Shown: positions 21,839-35,532, counted from the stretch's first letter. The stretch: 64,000 bases of DNA from Squalus acanthias (GCA_030390025.1 CM059425.1:43462001-43526000), one strand, 5' to 3'. Notes: generated from the letters alone by a model not told the origin. Numbers and translations: made by a program.

Positions 21839-24800
21839 TTTTTTTTATTCGTTCATGGGATGTCGGCGTCGCTGGCAAGACCAGCATTTATTGCCCATCC
21901 CTAATTGCCCTTGATAAGGTGGTGGTGAGCTGCCTTCTTGAACTGCTGCAGTCCGTGTGGTGAAGGTATTCCCATAGTGCTGTTACGGAGGGAGTTACAG
22001 GATTTTGACCCAGCAACGATGAAGGAACGGCGATATACTTTCAAGTCAGGATGGTGTGAAACTTGATGAGGAACTTGGAGGTGGTGGTGTTCCTATGCGC
22101 CTGCTGCCCTTGTCCTTCTAGGTGGTAGAGGTCGCGGGTTTGGGAGGTGCTGCCGAAGAAGCCTTGGCGAGTTGTTGCAGTGCATCTTGTAGATTGTACA
22201 CACTGTAGCCATGGTACGCCAGTGGTGGAGGGAGTGAATGTTTAAGATGGTCGATGGGGTGCCAATCAAGCGGGCTGCTTTGTCCTGGATGATGTCGAGC
22301 TTCTTGATTGTTGTTGGAGCTGCACTCATCCAGGCACTCCTGACTTGTGCCTTGTAGATGGTGGAAAGGCTTTGGGGAGTCAGGAGGTGAGACACTCACC
22401 ACAGAATACCCAGCCTCTGACCTGCTCTTGTTGCCACAGTGTTTATGTGGTTGGTCCAGTTAACTTTATTGTCAATGGTGGCCCCCAGGATGTTGATGGT
22501 GGGGGATTCGGCGAAGGTAATGCCATTAAATGTCAAGGGTTGGTAGTTGGACTCTTGCTTGTTGGAGATAGTCATTGCCTGGCACTTCTGTGGCGCGAAT
22601 GTTACCTGCCACTTTTCAGCCCAAGCCTGAAAGTCGTCCAGGTCATGTTGCATGCGGACATGGATTGCTTCATTATCTGAGGAGTTGTGAATGGCGCTGA
22701 ACAATGTGCAGTCATCAACGAACATCCCCACTTCTGACCTTATGATGGAGAGAAGGTCATTGATGAAGCAACTGAAGATGGTTGGGCCTAGGACACTGCC
22801 CTGAGGAACTCCTGCAGCGATGTCCTGGGGCTGTGATCATTGACCTTCAAACAGCACAACCATCTTCCTTTGTGCTAGGTATGACTCCAGCCAGTGGAGA
22901 GTTTTCCCCCTGATTCCCATTGACTTCAATTTTACTAGGGCTCCTTGATGCCAGACTCGGTCAAATACTGCCTTGATGTCAAGGGCAGTCACTCTCACCT
23001 CACCTCTGGAATTCAGCTCTTTTGTCCATGTTTGGACCAAGGCTGTAATGAGGTCTGGAGCCGAGTGGTCCTGCTGGAACCCAATCTGGGCATCGGTGAG
23101 CAAGTTATTGGTGAGTAAGTGTCGCTTGATAGCACTGTCGACAACACCTTCCATCACTTTGCTGATGATTGAGAGTAGACTGATGGGGCGTTAATTGGCC
23201 GGGTTGGATTTGTCCTGCTTTTTGTGGACAGGACATACCTGGGCAGTTTTCCACATTGTCGGACAGGTGCCAGTGTTGTAGCTGTACTGGAACAGCTTGG
23301 CTAGAGGTGTGGCTAGTTCTGGAGCAGAAGTCTTCAGCACAACAGCTGGGATGTTGTCGGGGCCCATAGCCTTTGCTGTATCCAGTGCGCTCAGCCATTT
23401 CTTGATATCACGTGGAGTGACTCGAATTGGCTGAAGAATGGCTTCTGTGATGGTGGGGACCAAAGGAGGAGGCCGATATGGATCATCCACTTGGCACTTC
23501 AGCCTTGTCTTTTGCACTCACGTGCTGGGCTCTGCCATCATTGAGGATGGGGATATTCATGGAGTCTCCTCCTCCAGTTAGTTGTTTAATGGTCCACCAC
23601 CATTCACAACTAGATGTGGCAGGACTGCAGAGCTTTGATCTGATCCGTTGATTGTGGAATCGTTTAGCTCTGTTTATAGCATACTGCTTCCACTATTTAG
23701 CATGCATGTAGTCCTGTGTTGCAGCTTACCCAGGTTGGCACCTCATTTTTAGGTTTGCCTGGTGCTGCTCCTGGCATGCTCTTCTACACTCCTTATTGAA
23801 CCAGGGTTGGTCCCCTGGCTTGATGGTAATGTTAGAGTGAGGGACATGCCGGGCCATGAGGTTACAGATTGTGGTGGAATACAATTCTGCTGCTGCTGAT
23901 GGCCCACAGTGCCTCATGGATGCCCAGTTTTGAGCTGCTAGATCTGTTCTGAATCTATCCCATTTAGCACAGTGGTAGTGCCACACAACACGATGGAGGG
24001 TGTCCTCAGTGTGAAGACGGGACTTCGTATCCACAATGACTGTGCGGTGATCACTGCTACCAATGCTGTCACAGACAGATGCATCTGCGACAGGTAGATT
24101 GGTGAGGACGAGGTCAAATAGGTTTCTCCCTTGTGTTGGTTCTCTCACCACCTGACGCAGGCCCAGTCTGGCAGCTATGCCCTTCAGGACTCGGCCAGCT
24201 CGGTCAGTAATGGTGCTACCGAGCCACTCTTGGTGATGGATATTGAAGTCCCCCACCCAGAGTAGATTCTGTGCCCTTGCTACTCTCAGTGCTTCTTCCA
24301 AGTGGTGTTCAACATGGAGGAGTACTGATTCATCAGCTGAGGGAGGGCGGTAGGTGGTAATCAGCAGGAGGTTTCCTTGCCCATGCTTTACCTGAAGCCA
24401 TGAGAATGTATACCACTGTGCTGCCACCTCTGGATGTTGATGGAGGAGTCTGGGACATTGGCTGAGAGGTACGATTCTGTGAGTATGACTACGTCAGGCT
24501 GTTGCTTGACTAGTCTGTGGGACAGCTCTTCCAAATTTGGCACACGTCCCCAGATGTTTGTGAGGAGGACTTTGCAGGGTCGACTGGGCTGGGTGTGCCA
24601 TTGTCATGTCTGTAGCCGGTTCCGCGGTCAATGCCGGGTGGTCCGTCCGGTTTTATTCTTATTATTGTTTTTTGTAGCAGAATTTTACAACTGAGTGGCT
24701 TGCTAGGCTATTTCAGAGGGCAGTTACGAGTCAACCACATTGCTGTGTGTCTGGAGTCACATATAAGAACATAAGAAGTAGGAGCAGGAGTAGGCCATAC

Positions 24801-25059
24801 GACCCTTCAGGCCTGCTCCGCCATTCAATAGGATCATGGCTGATCCGAACCTAGACTCACGTCCACTTCCCTGCCCTTATCAGCTAGGAAACTATCTCCG
24901 TTTTAAATTTATTTAATATCGCAGCTTCCACAGGTCTCTGAGGTAGCAAATTCCATAGATTTACTACCCTCTGAGTGAAGAAGTTTCTCCTCATCTCAGT
25001 TTTGAATATGGGCCAGACCAGGTAAGGAAGGCAGATTTCCTTCCCTAAAGGACATTAGT
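21839..25059 (-). mobile_element. CR1-group LINE with single endonuclease-RT ORF, internally deleted; 5' region shared with a tRNA SINE
   Basis: LTNIWG..PDVVILTESYL, TYRPPS, VGDFN, SSDH, KAMGPDNIP, LDIKAVFDRVWH, PQGSVLGP, FVDDC; 3' tail gaataaaaaaaa at about 21840. Confidence 0.9.
24765..25005 (-). mobile_element. CR1 3' end nested in the 5' region of the LINE above
   Basis: aagaacataagaa tail; atat duplicated at 24761-24764 and 25006-25009. Confidence 0.85.
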
Positions 25060-26880
25060 CATAGTCAAGAGGCACAGAAGGAGGCCATTCGGCCCATCGA
25101 GTCTGTGCCGGCTCTCTGTAGAGCAATCCAGTCAGTCCCATTCCCCCGCTCTATCCCCATAGCCCTGCAAGTTTATTTCCCTCAAGTGCCTATCCAGTCT
25201 CCCCTTGAAAACATTGAGGGGGGGGGAATTCGGTATCGCCCCGTTTGGGGCGCAATTATCAGCCGGGCGCAAAGTTTAGCGCCTGGCGCTAATTATTGCC
25301 TCTGACTGCAAACTTGGCTTCTATCGCCCCTGGAGGTGATTGGAGCGCTAAATCAGGTGCTACACACCTGAGGCGCTAACGCCGAGGAGCGAGGCACTCG
25401 CTCAGAGCGCTGGCGAAGCTTATGTGATGTCAGTCAGCAATGGAACACAGACACACTGGCGCCGGCCAGTTCTTAAAGGGGAGGGTCGATCTTGCTCTCC
25501 ATCCACACCCTGCTCATTGCAGCCTTGAATTTCGGCCTGGAGAGACCAGTAAATCAAATCTGCTGGAAAGAACAATGGAGAGGCCCAGGGAAAGAGCTCA
25601 GAGTGCAGCCCCCATAGTGTCTTCTAAATCGATGCAAGGAAGGTCAAATCAAACTGATTCTGCAAAGTGCTGCTCCGTACCCAAAACTCCTTCACACAGC
25701 GTTGAATCTCTCCAGAAGTCTCTCTCTCTCTCTCTCAGAATGCGTGGTGCAAAAATTTCACCAACAAAAAAAGGCAGGAAGCGGTCGCCTTTAAATAGCG
25801 CTCCATCAGTCCCTTCCCGACTGCAAAACATTCCCCTCAACCTGTCGTTGCTAATGGCAGGTGGAAAGGCAGGGTGTGCCACTCAATATCTGGTCCGGGG
25901 CGCTACCAGGGTGTTGCACGCTCGACTGATGTCACAATCTGCGGGCGCAGGAGATCGTGGCGGTAGTGTTTAGCGCAGCCACAAAATGTCTGGTCAATTT
26001 TGCAAGTGGCGCAAAAATCGCCGCACCCGGGTGCTAGTTGCTTTGCACCCCATTAGCGTCCTCTTAGGGTGCTAACGGGAGGCGCAAAGCAACCGAATTT
26101 TTCCCCGAGTGTGTCCGCTTCCACCACTTCCGTCGGCAGCGAATTCCAGGTCATCACCACTCGCTGCGTAAAAAAGCTTTTCCTCACATCCCCCCTGTAC
26201 CTCTCGCCCAAAACCTTAAATCTAGTGGAACAGCCTTTCCCTGTCTAGCCTGTCCAAACCCGTCATAATCTTGTACACCTCTATCAAATCACCCCTTAAC
26301 TTCCTTTGCTCTAATGAAAACAAATCCAGCTTCTCCAACCTGTCCTTGTAGCTAAGATTCCCCATCCCCGGAACCATTCTGGTAAATCTCCTCTGCACCC
26401 TCTCAAGGGCCTCACATCCTTCTTAAAGTGTGGTGACCAGAGCTGGACGCAATACTCCTGTTGTGGCCTAACCAGTGCTTTATAAAGGTTCAGCATAACT
26501 TCTCTACTTTTGTACTCAATACCTCTATTTATGAAGCCCAAGATCTCATACGCTTTGCTAACCACTCTCTCAATATGTTCTGCCACCTTCAGAGACCTAT
26601 GCACATTAACTCCCAGGTCCCTCACTCCCTGCACACTCTTTAAAACTGTGCCATTAAGTGTATATTGCCTCTCCCTGTTCCTTCTGCCAAAATGCATCAC
26701 CTCACACTTCTCTGTATTAAATTCCATCTGCCACTTGTCTGCCCATTCTGCTAGCCTTTCTATGTCCTGTTGCAGTCGATTGGTATCATCCTCATTGTTT
26801 GCCACACCCCCAAGTTTGGTGTCATCGGCAAATTTAGAAATTCTACTCTGTATTCCAAATCCAGATCATTTATATATATC
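25060..26880 (-). mobile_element. CR1 LINE RT C-terminus and 3' UTR, interrupted by a MITE
   Basis: FADDTK, LQQDIERLAEWADKWQMEFN, LYKALVRP. Confidence 0.9.
25219..26106. mobile_element. Non-autonomous Harbinger, inverted copy of 9307-10198
   Basis: End-to-end homology; probable TSD GAG. Confidence 0.9.
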
Positions 26881-26974
26881 AAAAAACCTAGTAGCACCCA
26901 TGTCGCCAAACTGTTCCAGTGCAGCCAAGACACTGGTATCTACCTGACAATGTGGAAAATTTCCACTTATGTCC

Positions 26975-27505
26975 TATGTCAAAATGATGGATTGAAGGAG
27001 GGCTTTAACAAATGCGAGGGTGGTGGAGCGGTGGACTGGTTTAGGGAGCAACTTCCAGAGATTGGGGCCTAAGCGGCTAAAGGCACAATCGCCAATGGTG
27101 GGGCAAAGAAAGAGGGAGACGCACAAGAGGCTGGAGTCAGAGGTACGGAGGGTTTGGTTGGGGAGTTGTGGTGCTGGAGGAGGATACAGAGAAATTTAAA
27201 ATCGTGGCTTTGGGGGACCGGAGGTTAATGTAGGTCAGCGCAAGCAGCAGTGATGGGTCTTGGCGTGGGATCGGATACAGGCAGCAGTGTTTTGAACACG
27301 CTGAAATTTATGGAGGGCAGTGGATGGGAGGTCGGTCAAGAGAGCGTTAGAATATTTGAGCTTGATGGTGACATAGACATGGATTGGATAATGGATTCAG
27401 TGGCAGATGGGCTTAGGTGGGGGCAGAGGCAAGTGGAAGTAGGCAGTCTTTGTGATGGTGAAGATATTGGGTTGGAAACTCAGTTCTGGTCGAAAAGGTC
27501 GCTGT
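26975..27505 (-). mobile_element. Degraded L2 LINE fragment
   Basis: Similar to the reverse complement of 8771-9140. Confidence 0.65.
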
Positions 27506-29469
27506 AAAGGAAAGGGGTTAAGATGTAAGGATGCACTTCCCTGATAACACTATATGGTTATTGCAATGGTCTCTGCTATTTTCGCAGCACCCAGTTGATA
27601 ATTCATTGCATTGAAATTTAAAATGTAATTCAGAGACCAAACTATCACTTAATGGTTTGCAGCAGACCAGTTTGTAAACTGTCTTTCAACTTCATCCAAA
27701 ACAGTGTCCTGTGGAATAAAATTGAAAGGAAGGGTACTGCTAAAGTGAGACCTAGTGAGCATCGCCAAAAGTGCCTTGTTCCTCTCATTGTCCTCTCACA
27801 ATACTTCACATGCAGGTTTATAGTCTGGGTCCCATGCTTGTCATATAAGTGTGACACAAACATGCCCAGTGTGGCCCTCCCTTGTTGGAAAAAAAACTGC
27901 TAATGCTGTTACTAAGTGAATCCCAGTCCAATGAAGATGTGTTACCGTTATTTTTTAATTCATGGGGAAGACCTTCATCCGTCACATTTTGATAGAAAAA
28001 GCTGCTACCTCACTAGTACCTATAAGCGTGCAAAACTGCAAAGCAGGTGACACTTGACTGCTGCAATTAAACTGTCATCTTATTTGACCAAATGATTTTT
28101 TTTTAAATTGACAATATGACAAGGCTGAGATAACCAAAGAAAGAGTCATATTAAGGTTTGGCTTTAGTTTCGTAAGCAAGTAAAAGCAAAACTGCATGGT
28201 CTCTATGCTGAAACAAAACCTCTAACAGAAATAGCTTAACAAAAGAATTTGCCAAAGAAAATGCAGACCTAAAAGTAACAGCAGCTGAGGAAATCGCTGA
28301 AAATGTTGGTCTCTTTTAAATAATTGTAATATTGGCTGTGGAAGGGGAAACAGAGAAACATTATTGTATTTCCAGTGGCAGCTTTTCTGAAGGCATTGTG
28401 CCTAATCCTATAAACTGACCTTCACACAGAGGAAACGCCCGGTAAGAAGATTCTATTAATAGTTCTGTTTTCTTGACTTCTAAGCAATAAATAGTGGGAA
28501 TTTTGATTATCGGGAACAGCCATCTTGTCTGCGTAAAAGTAATGCATTCTAATAATATGGTGTATTGTTTAAAATTGGTGGAGGGGAGAAAGGTGTTGGG
28601 ATTCACCAAGTGATTAAAATATGCCCATAAGCAATGCTATAAAAGGATAATAAAATCTAAATCTCATTTGTTCCACTTCAGTTTCTTCATATGCATAAAA
28701 CTCCATAAAAACAGCATCTGTGTTCAAATAATGAGCTGAAAAGACACTGCACAGTTGCTAATTCGATTTACATTCTTAAACTCATTGTACCATATACTTC
28801 CATTCACTAGATATCTGGGCCAATATAATGCTTCAGAAGTAAAAGGGAATTAAAAAAGGAGCTATTTAGTTACTATAATGAGATTGGTAAGCAGATTGAC
28901 AGTATAGTGAGCTGTCAAGTGTACTCTGATATTGTCCAACCACCTGGATTGTTGCTGTCTTTCCAATTTATCACAATTCTGTGGAACAAAATCTTATTTT
29001 GCTGTGTTGCTGATATGGGTCTTATCAGTTTGCCTGAGAGGACTTCTATCTCATATACAATTTCTGACAAGCCAGATATAAAACACAGAGATAACTCCTA
29101 CTGAATGAATGACTGCAAAAGGTACTTATAGTAAGAAGAAAGGAAAGCTACAGCAATATGTTAGGGGTCATTAATTTTGGCATCATTTTCGCAGGAGAGC
29201 AAAGAGTATATACTGGGGTGGAATGGTTAGTGTTCCATCTGCACCTTTTTTTTACAAAGGGGATGCATATCAGAAGGCAGCTACTGTAAAACAATCATGT
29301 GCACATGCTTTAAACTCACCAATTGTGAAGGCATGAGTAAATTATAGGTTATTTTCTGCCATTCCATAACTGCCCCACTGTCGATATCAGACATTGTGAT
29401 TTTTTAGTATTTTAAAACATTAAAAAAAATGAAAGAGTTTTATGTGAGAAAGAGAGGTGTTGCTATATG

Positions 29470-30043
29470 ATCCATTGGATATTAGTATGGGCAATTGGAT
29501 ATCAGAGCAGTTCAATAGATATCTGTATGGGCAATTGATATCAGAGCAGTTCAATAGATATCAGTATGGGCAATTGAATATCAGAGCAGTTCAATGGATA
29601 TCTGTATGGGCAATTGGATATCAGAGCAGTTCAAGGGATATCTGTATGGGCAATTGGATATCAGAGCATTTCAAAGGATATCTGTATGGGCAATTGGATA
29701 TCAGAGCAGTTCAATAGATATCAGTATGGGCAATTGGATATCAGAGCAGTTCAATAGATATCAGTATGGGCAATTGAATATCAGAGCAGTTCAATAGATA
29801 TCAGTATGGGCAATTGGATATCAGAGCAGTTCAATAGATATCAGTATGGGCAATTGGATATCAGAGCAGTTCAATGGATATCAGTATGGGCAATTGGATA
29901 TCAGAGCAGTTCAATGGATATCAGTATGGGCAATTGGATATCAGAGCAGTTCAATGGATATCAGTATGGGCAATTGAATATCAGAGCAGTTCAATGGATA
30001 TCAGTATGGGCAATTGGATATCAGAGCAGTTCAAAGGATATCT
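29470..30043 (+). repeat. 40-bp minisatellite (two 20-bp GATATC subunits), about 14 copies
   Basis: Unit ggatatcagtatgggcaattggatatcagagcagttcaat; degenerate units resume at 30871-30940. Confidence 0.97.
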
Positions 30044-30044
30044 G

Positions 30045-30863
30045 AAATAAAAACAGAAAATACTGCAAACACTCATCAGGTCAGGCAACATCTGTGGAGA
30101 GAGGAACAGAGTTAACGGGCTGGATTTTCATTGACCCGTGGAGGCGGGTTTGGAGGCGTGTGGGGGGTTAAAATTGCGAAAACTGGCGGGCGGGCACAAG
30201 TCCGCCTCCATCCCGCCTCCATGCAATTTTCATTAAATCGTGTCTGCTGGTCCCGACTCCGTCCCGCCTTTAAGAGGCGGGATAGGTTGTTAAGGCCCTT
30301 AACAAGCACTAAATTGGCTCTATAATGCCATTTTGAAAGGCCTTTGTGATTTTAACCCTTGATCTACGTGAAGCATGCCAGTTCTGAACCACGATTGTGA
30401 AACCTGGCGGGAGCACATTTGGATAGCTGACTATCAGCTGCAGGTCCACTAATACAACAGAGATGTGATGAAGGTAGTAGTATTAGGTCTGAAAGTCGCC
30501 TCTGATGCTGCTGCATTGAAGGTCTTCAGAGACTGCCTGGCCTTTGCTGTGAGAGGACCTGGATGCAAAAAAAACCTCTCGCTCTTTCTCTCTCCTCTCA
30601 CAGCAAAGGCCAGGCAGTCTCTGACCTGCAATGCAGCAGCAATGATGACATCATCAGAGGTGACTTTCAGACTGAAAACACTAATTAGGTCATGGGTTCC
30701 CACATGCTGGAACTCAATTGCCCAATTAGGTGAAAATCGCATCAATCTCCCACATCCAATTGCAGTCGGGTGGATAACACGAAATGCGGATGACACGACC
30801 CCAACCCGCCCCAGTATCAAAATCCAGCCCAAAATTTCAGGTCGATGACCTTTCATCAGAACT
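30045..30863 (-). mobile_element. Penelope-like terminal fragment with hammerhead motif, split by a MITE
   Basis: 30045-30116 plus 30831-30863; minus strand agtt-ctgatga-aaggtc-atc-gacct-gaaa; related pieces at about 33015-33125, 43995-44125, 49130-49185, 50642-50760 and 57735-57815. Confidence 0.7.
30117..30830. mobile_element. Palindromic Harbinger-type MITE
   Basis: Perfect TIR gggctggatttt / aaaatccagccc; internal inverted repeats; second copy at 42081-42890. Confidence 0.9.
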
Positions 30864-31864
30864 GCCAGAAGAATGGATATCAGTATGGGGAATTGAATAT
30901 CCGAATGGTCCATTTGATATCAGTATGGTTGGGAGTTCAATGTGTATTTACATGCCCCAGTGCTCCCATCTGGGAACTCCAGAAAAATAGCAGACAGCAG
31001 CAGGGAGAAGAGAGCAGGACAGTGACAGTAGTAAGGCAGGAACAGCAGAGCAGAGCAGAAGAAAGACAGGGCCACACACAACAGGGAACAAGTAAGGAAA
31101 GAGACAGAACACAGTGGGGAAGGGGATGATAAATCAAGAAGTACTGATTAGATGATACCAAAATTGGGCTTTAAGCCTGTAGATTGTGGAAGGAAAGAAA
31201 CGCTGAGCGAGATAAGAGTAACTGTTAGTGATTTTTATCTAACAGTAAAAGCTATCATCAGTTAAAACAATTTTCCCACAGTGCTAAAGCTGGTGGTCAT
31301 TACTTGCTGTTGAATGGGTGATATAGGATTACTGTGGGAAAGTTGGTGGAGTTACCAATCCACCTTGGGGTTTTCCATTTTTCAAATATCAGTAAAGGCT
31401 AACTAGAAGTAAAACCTTATTTTAAAAAGACCCTTCCTTTGGGACGCTGTTTCAGTGGGACAGGAATGTGCTCAAATGGTGTTTGGGTAGAAAAGGGTGT
31501 AGAACAAAGATATGTTACCTATTGCAATCTAGGTCAACTTCTGCCAACAACAGTCATGCAAACTGTCTGAACACCTGCGACAATATATGAATATAATGAT
31601 TACTGATAGAAGTGGAAAGTGACTTGAGCATTAAGAGCGCAATCTAGGCTGGCACTTTTTCTTTACTCTGATGTGAAGTGCACAGTAGGATGCCCTATTC
31701 TGCGTATTGTAGCGGGAATACCTTTATATAGGAAACTGTGATCAAGTAAAAATAACCACTTTTATTTAGTTATCATCTACTGTTACAGACCTAAACACTG
31801 ACATTTAGAGAGGCGTAGTTCTTACAGAAAATAATGATTTGCTAATGCTTTCCCAATACACATA

Positions 31865-32037
31865 GGGGTGAAATTCATCTTGGCCGGCAGTGCAAAGCGG
31901 GCAATAGCGAATCTGCAGCCCGCTTTACACTCTGCCCAATTTTATTTTCCATTGAAGATAATCGGATGTGATATAAAACAGGCTGTCCATTCACTATCGT
32001 CCATTTTGCCCCACTGCCCAAGACGAAGTTCACCTCA
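31865..32037. mobile_element. Small palindromic MITE
   Basis: ggggtgaaattcatcttgg / ccaagacgaagttcacctc; related copies at about 32217-32329, 46835-47014 and 63033-63215. Confidence 0.7.
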
Positions 32038-35000
32038 TGGTTTGGATGGTGGGAAGTTCTGTAATAAACAGAATTTCCAGAAGCAATGGGTGTACAGTAC
32101 GAGAAACATGCATATTTCATATTGAAATAAGACAATCTTTAAAATGGTAAAATATTGTTAATGAACAAAGAGATACAAAGGATGCACCACAGATATGCAC
32201 CAGTGCGGATTACTCTGGAGGTGAAATTCGTCTTAGAAGGTCGCGCAAACTGAGCAATAGCGAAGTGGCAGCCCGTTTCACAATCCGCCTGATGTTCTTT
32301 TCCATTGAATTCAATGGAATTTCATCCCCTCAGTCTTTTAAAAGTGAAAAACTTTGTATTTGTGAATAATTCAATATTAGTTTCCTGACATTCAATTGTT
32401 TGGAGTTTTGGGATAAGACTGAACTCAAAAAAGCTGCTGATTATGAACGTATTCAGTGTGGCGTAAAAATGTGTCTCAGTCATACCCAAGGGATGAATTG
32501 TATTTACAACTGCTCATAGTGTATTATGCCAAATAGAAACTAAAAATGAGATACCATCTTTGAGATTTGTACATTTAGAGATGGTTTTTGTTATTAAAAA
32601 TGTCCTATTTATACATGCAAATTAAGCCTAATCATGCACTTTCAGTATTGTTTAAGAAAACTCACTGAATGATATTTTTAATTTGAGCAAAATAATTGAT
32701 TTGCATATGGTAATAAGTAAAAGCTGAAATTAGAAAGCCACAATTGTATTATGACAAATCCCATGACAATTATGCTTTCTGCAGATTGCAGAGCGTGTAA
32801 AGGAATTTGAATAAAGCCTAAAAGAGAATTAAAAATGAAAAGGGACTGAAAGTCCAAACGTTATCTAAATGCAAAACCTTGTCAATAAACATTTGTGTTG
32901 GTTACAATTTACTGAGAAATGACCGGCAGCGGCTGATTAACACCTCACTGTTTAACCATTTTATTATAGTCAAGCTAGAAACCACAGGCAATCCAACTAT
33001 GAACAAAAAGCGAAATCCCGTAGATGTTGGAAATCTGAAACAAAAACAGAAAATACTGGAAGCATCCGTCGAGAAAACACGAGACAGTTGATGTTTCTGG
33101 TATAAAACCTGTCCTTAGAACTGAAAGATATTACAGATAAACAGCATTTAAAAAGGAACAGAAGAAGGGAAAGAGGAAGAAGAAGAAACACACACGTGCA
33201 CACACACGCAAAAATATTACACACAAGAAAAGACATACAATAGCGTGTGAAGCAGTGTCCTTAAGTGTTATAGTAATGGAATCGATGTTTTGGACCAGAA
33301 GGCAGAGGTGTGATGGGAAAACTGATAACTTCTGGAAGTGAATTTTGGGGAAAAGTAAAGGGATGTGTTTTACTCAAACAATGGATAGATGGATTACTAG
33401 GGGAATGAGAAAAGGGGGTGGCCATGGTTAGAGCTCATGAAGAGAGCAGCTGTAACATGGTGCTGCCATCATTATGCCACTAGTTTCTAAATAAATGGGG
33501 AATTGTACAGAGAGTGGCCCTTTAACACAGCGTTAACTTTAAACAACATTGTTCTGTAATCTTTTGAACTTGTTTATGATCTGGAAGAGTACATAATTCC
33601 AGAAAAAAGCGTATTAAACTTTACTTTGAAGGTCTATCTGAAAAAAATTAATTATTCGATAAACTGAGAGAAATAATTGCATTTTAATGAGCAAAATGGC
33701 TTATTTAGTGGCTATTTTTCATTAATACTTCAAACATCCACAGTGAACCTACTATCTTTATAAGAAAATATTTTCCTTTACTCAATGATATTTATATAAT
33801 TGGAGTCCACTGCAGTGTTAAGACACATATTAAGCTTCATGTTGTCATGCACTAAAGGAGAGTGAATTAGCAGACTATTCGAACAACAAAGATATGCAAC
33901 AATAAAATGAAGACCTTCCACAATGATCGAAAGGATACAATTGTCATGGCAACATTATACTATGAAGGACAATGTTATTATTACTCAACTGTTGCTATGA
34001 GAACTCATAAGTAATTACCAGAACATGAAGACAAACCATACTATAACAAAATGTAAAGGTAAAACATACTAAAACAAAGATCTATAGCTCTATATCAGCT
34101 TCTTTTCTCACAATGCTACAAAAAGAAAAGGTAAGTGGTGGAAATGTGGGGTGTGGTAATTAGCTGTGTGATTTCAGGGACTGGGAAGAGTGTCTTTGTT
34201 CATTATATGTGTGTTGGGTCAGGGGAGGGGGGGTGGGGGGAGACTTCTTCCCTTGGGAGGGCCTAGGTTGTAAAAAATGAAAAAAACAAAACTGAGCATG
34301 GATTTGAGGAATTCCTCAGAAGGATTTGGAAATGTGACTACTTTAGTAGAGATCTTTAACTGCATAGTTAGGAGAGGGTTAGTTTTACATTTAGAATCTC
34401 CCATTATTTTTTAAGAGACCGTGTAACATGCACATGATGAAACCCAGTACGTGTTAATAATCTTATTATATTATGTGAATCGCTGCAGCACAATCGTCAT
34501 GGCTGCAGAACGGAAATATTTCATGCAGCGTCGTTTTCTGATGTATAAATTGTACATCTTGCAAAGCCAATTTTGTCTTGTCACTTCTCCTTAATCTAGT
34601 GCTCCACATACTTTGTAAACTGAATCTAAACAATTCTTTCATTATGAAGAAGTAAGAACCCTGCTGGAAATCTCAAATATAAAGGCTCAGCTGATTTCTT
34701 TTTCCTGGAGGCTAGCAAAACAGAGGATTTAGAGGGAGGTACACTGCCTTAGGCAACTCATGTTTTAAAGGCTGGGCTATGCCTTATTTTCAGTAGGGAA
34801 ACGCAAATTAGTAGTATTATGAATAAATTTACCACCGTGTAGCTTCGAACAATGAAATTATATTGAAAAAAATCAGGATGTTATTAGTCTTTGGCCTGGC
34901 AGGTATCAATTAATCAATTATCATCCCATTATACTGGCTGCATCCCGCTGAATGAAATCCCTATGTAGTCATTATACCAAGAATCAATCTTTTGTTATTT

Positions 35001-35532
35001 CTTTGAAGCCAAGTACAGTACTGTAGATCTTATACTGAACAAAGTGTAGCACCAGTCGGCCCATTCAGCGCATTGATTGTCTGCCATTTCTTGCTGGATG
35101 AACACTTTCTGCCGTAAGAAACTGGCCCCTCTGTAAGAAGCTGCTCTCCATCTGTCAGGAGCAATTTGTCTCATTTATCTCTCGTATTATATTAGGGGTA
35201 GTAAATGTGCCAATTAATGCTGTAAACATTGATTTAGTTGGAAATTGCTAAAAATGAAGCAGCTATATTCATATGTCACAAAAAATTTAAGTGTGTGGAT
35301 ACTGACTGATTTGCCTCATTGACTTCAATTACTAACACCCCTAGGTTGGTTAAAAAGGGATGCAAAAGTGCTCTATAGGAACCATGTGGCATTTTTAATG
35401 GCTATACGTTGACATACAGGTCATTTTTATCTCTATAAATTCAGAACAGGATTTTCATAAGGTAACCTATAAATCTCAGAATGTCAGGTTATTTGTAATT
35501 TGGAAAAAAAAAACGCATTTTCTCTCACTTAC

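Noticed and set aside
25440-25973. 177-aa ORF as a novel gene
   Set aside because: Lies within a MITE; the sibling copy at 9307-10198 is frameshifted
28376-28441. Plus-strand exon with good acceptor and GTAAGA donor
   Set aside because: Stops in all three frames; could only be non-coding and has no other support
29457-30045. Repetitive ORFs or CRISPR-like array
   Set aside because: Head-to-tail 40-bp minisatellite without spacers
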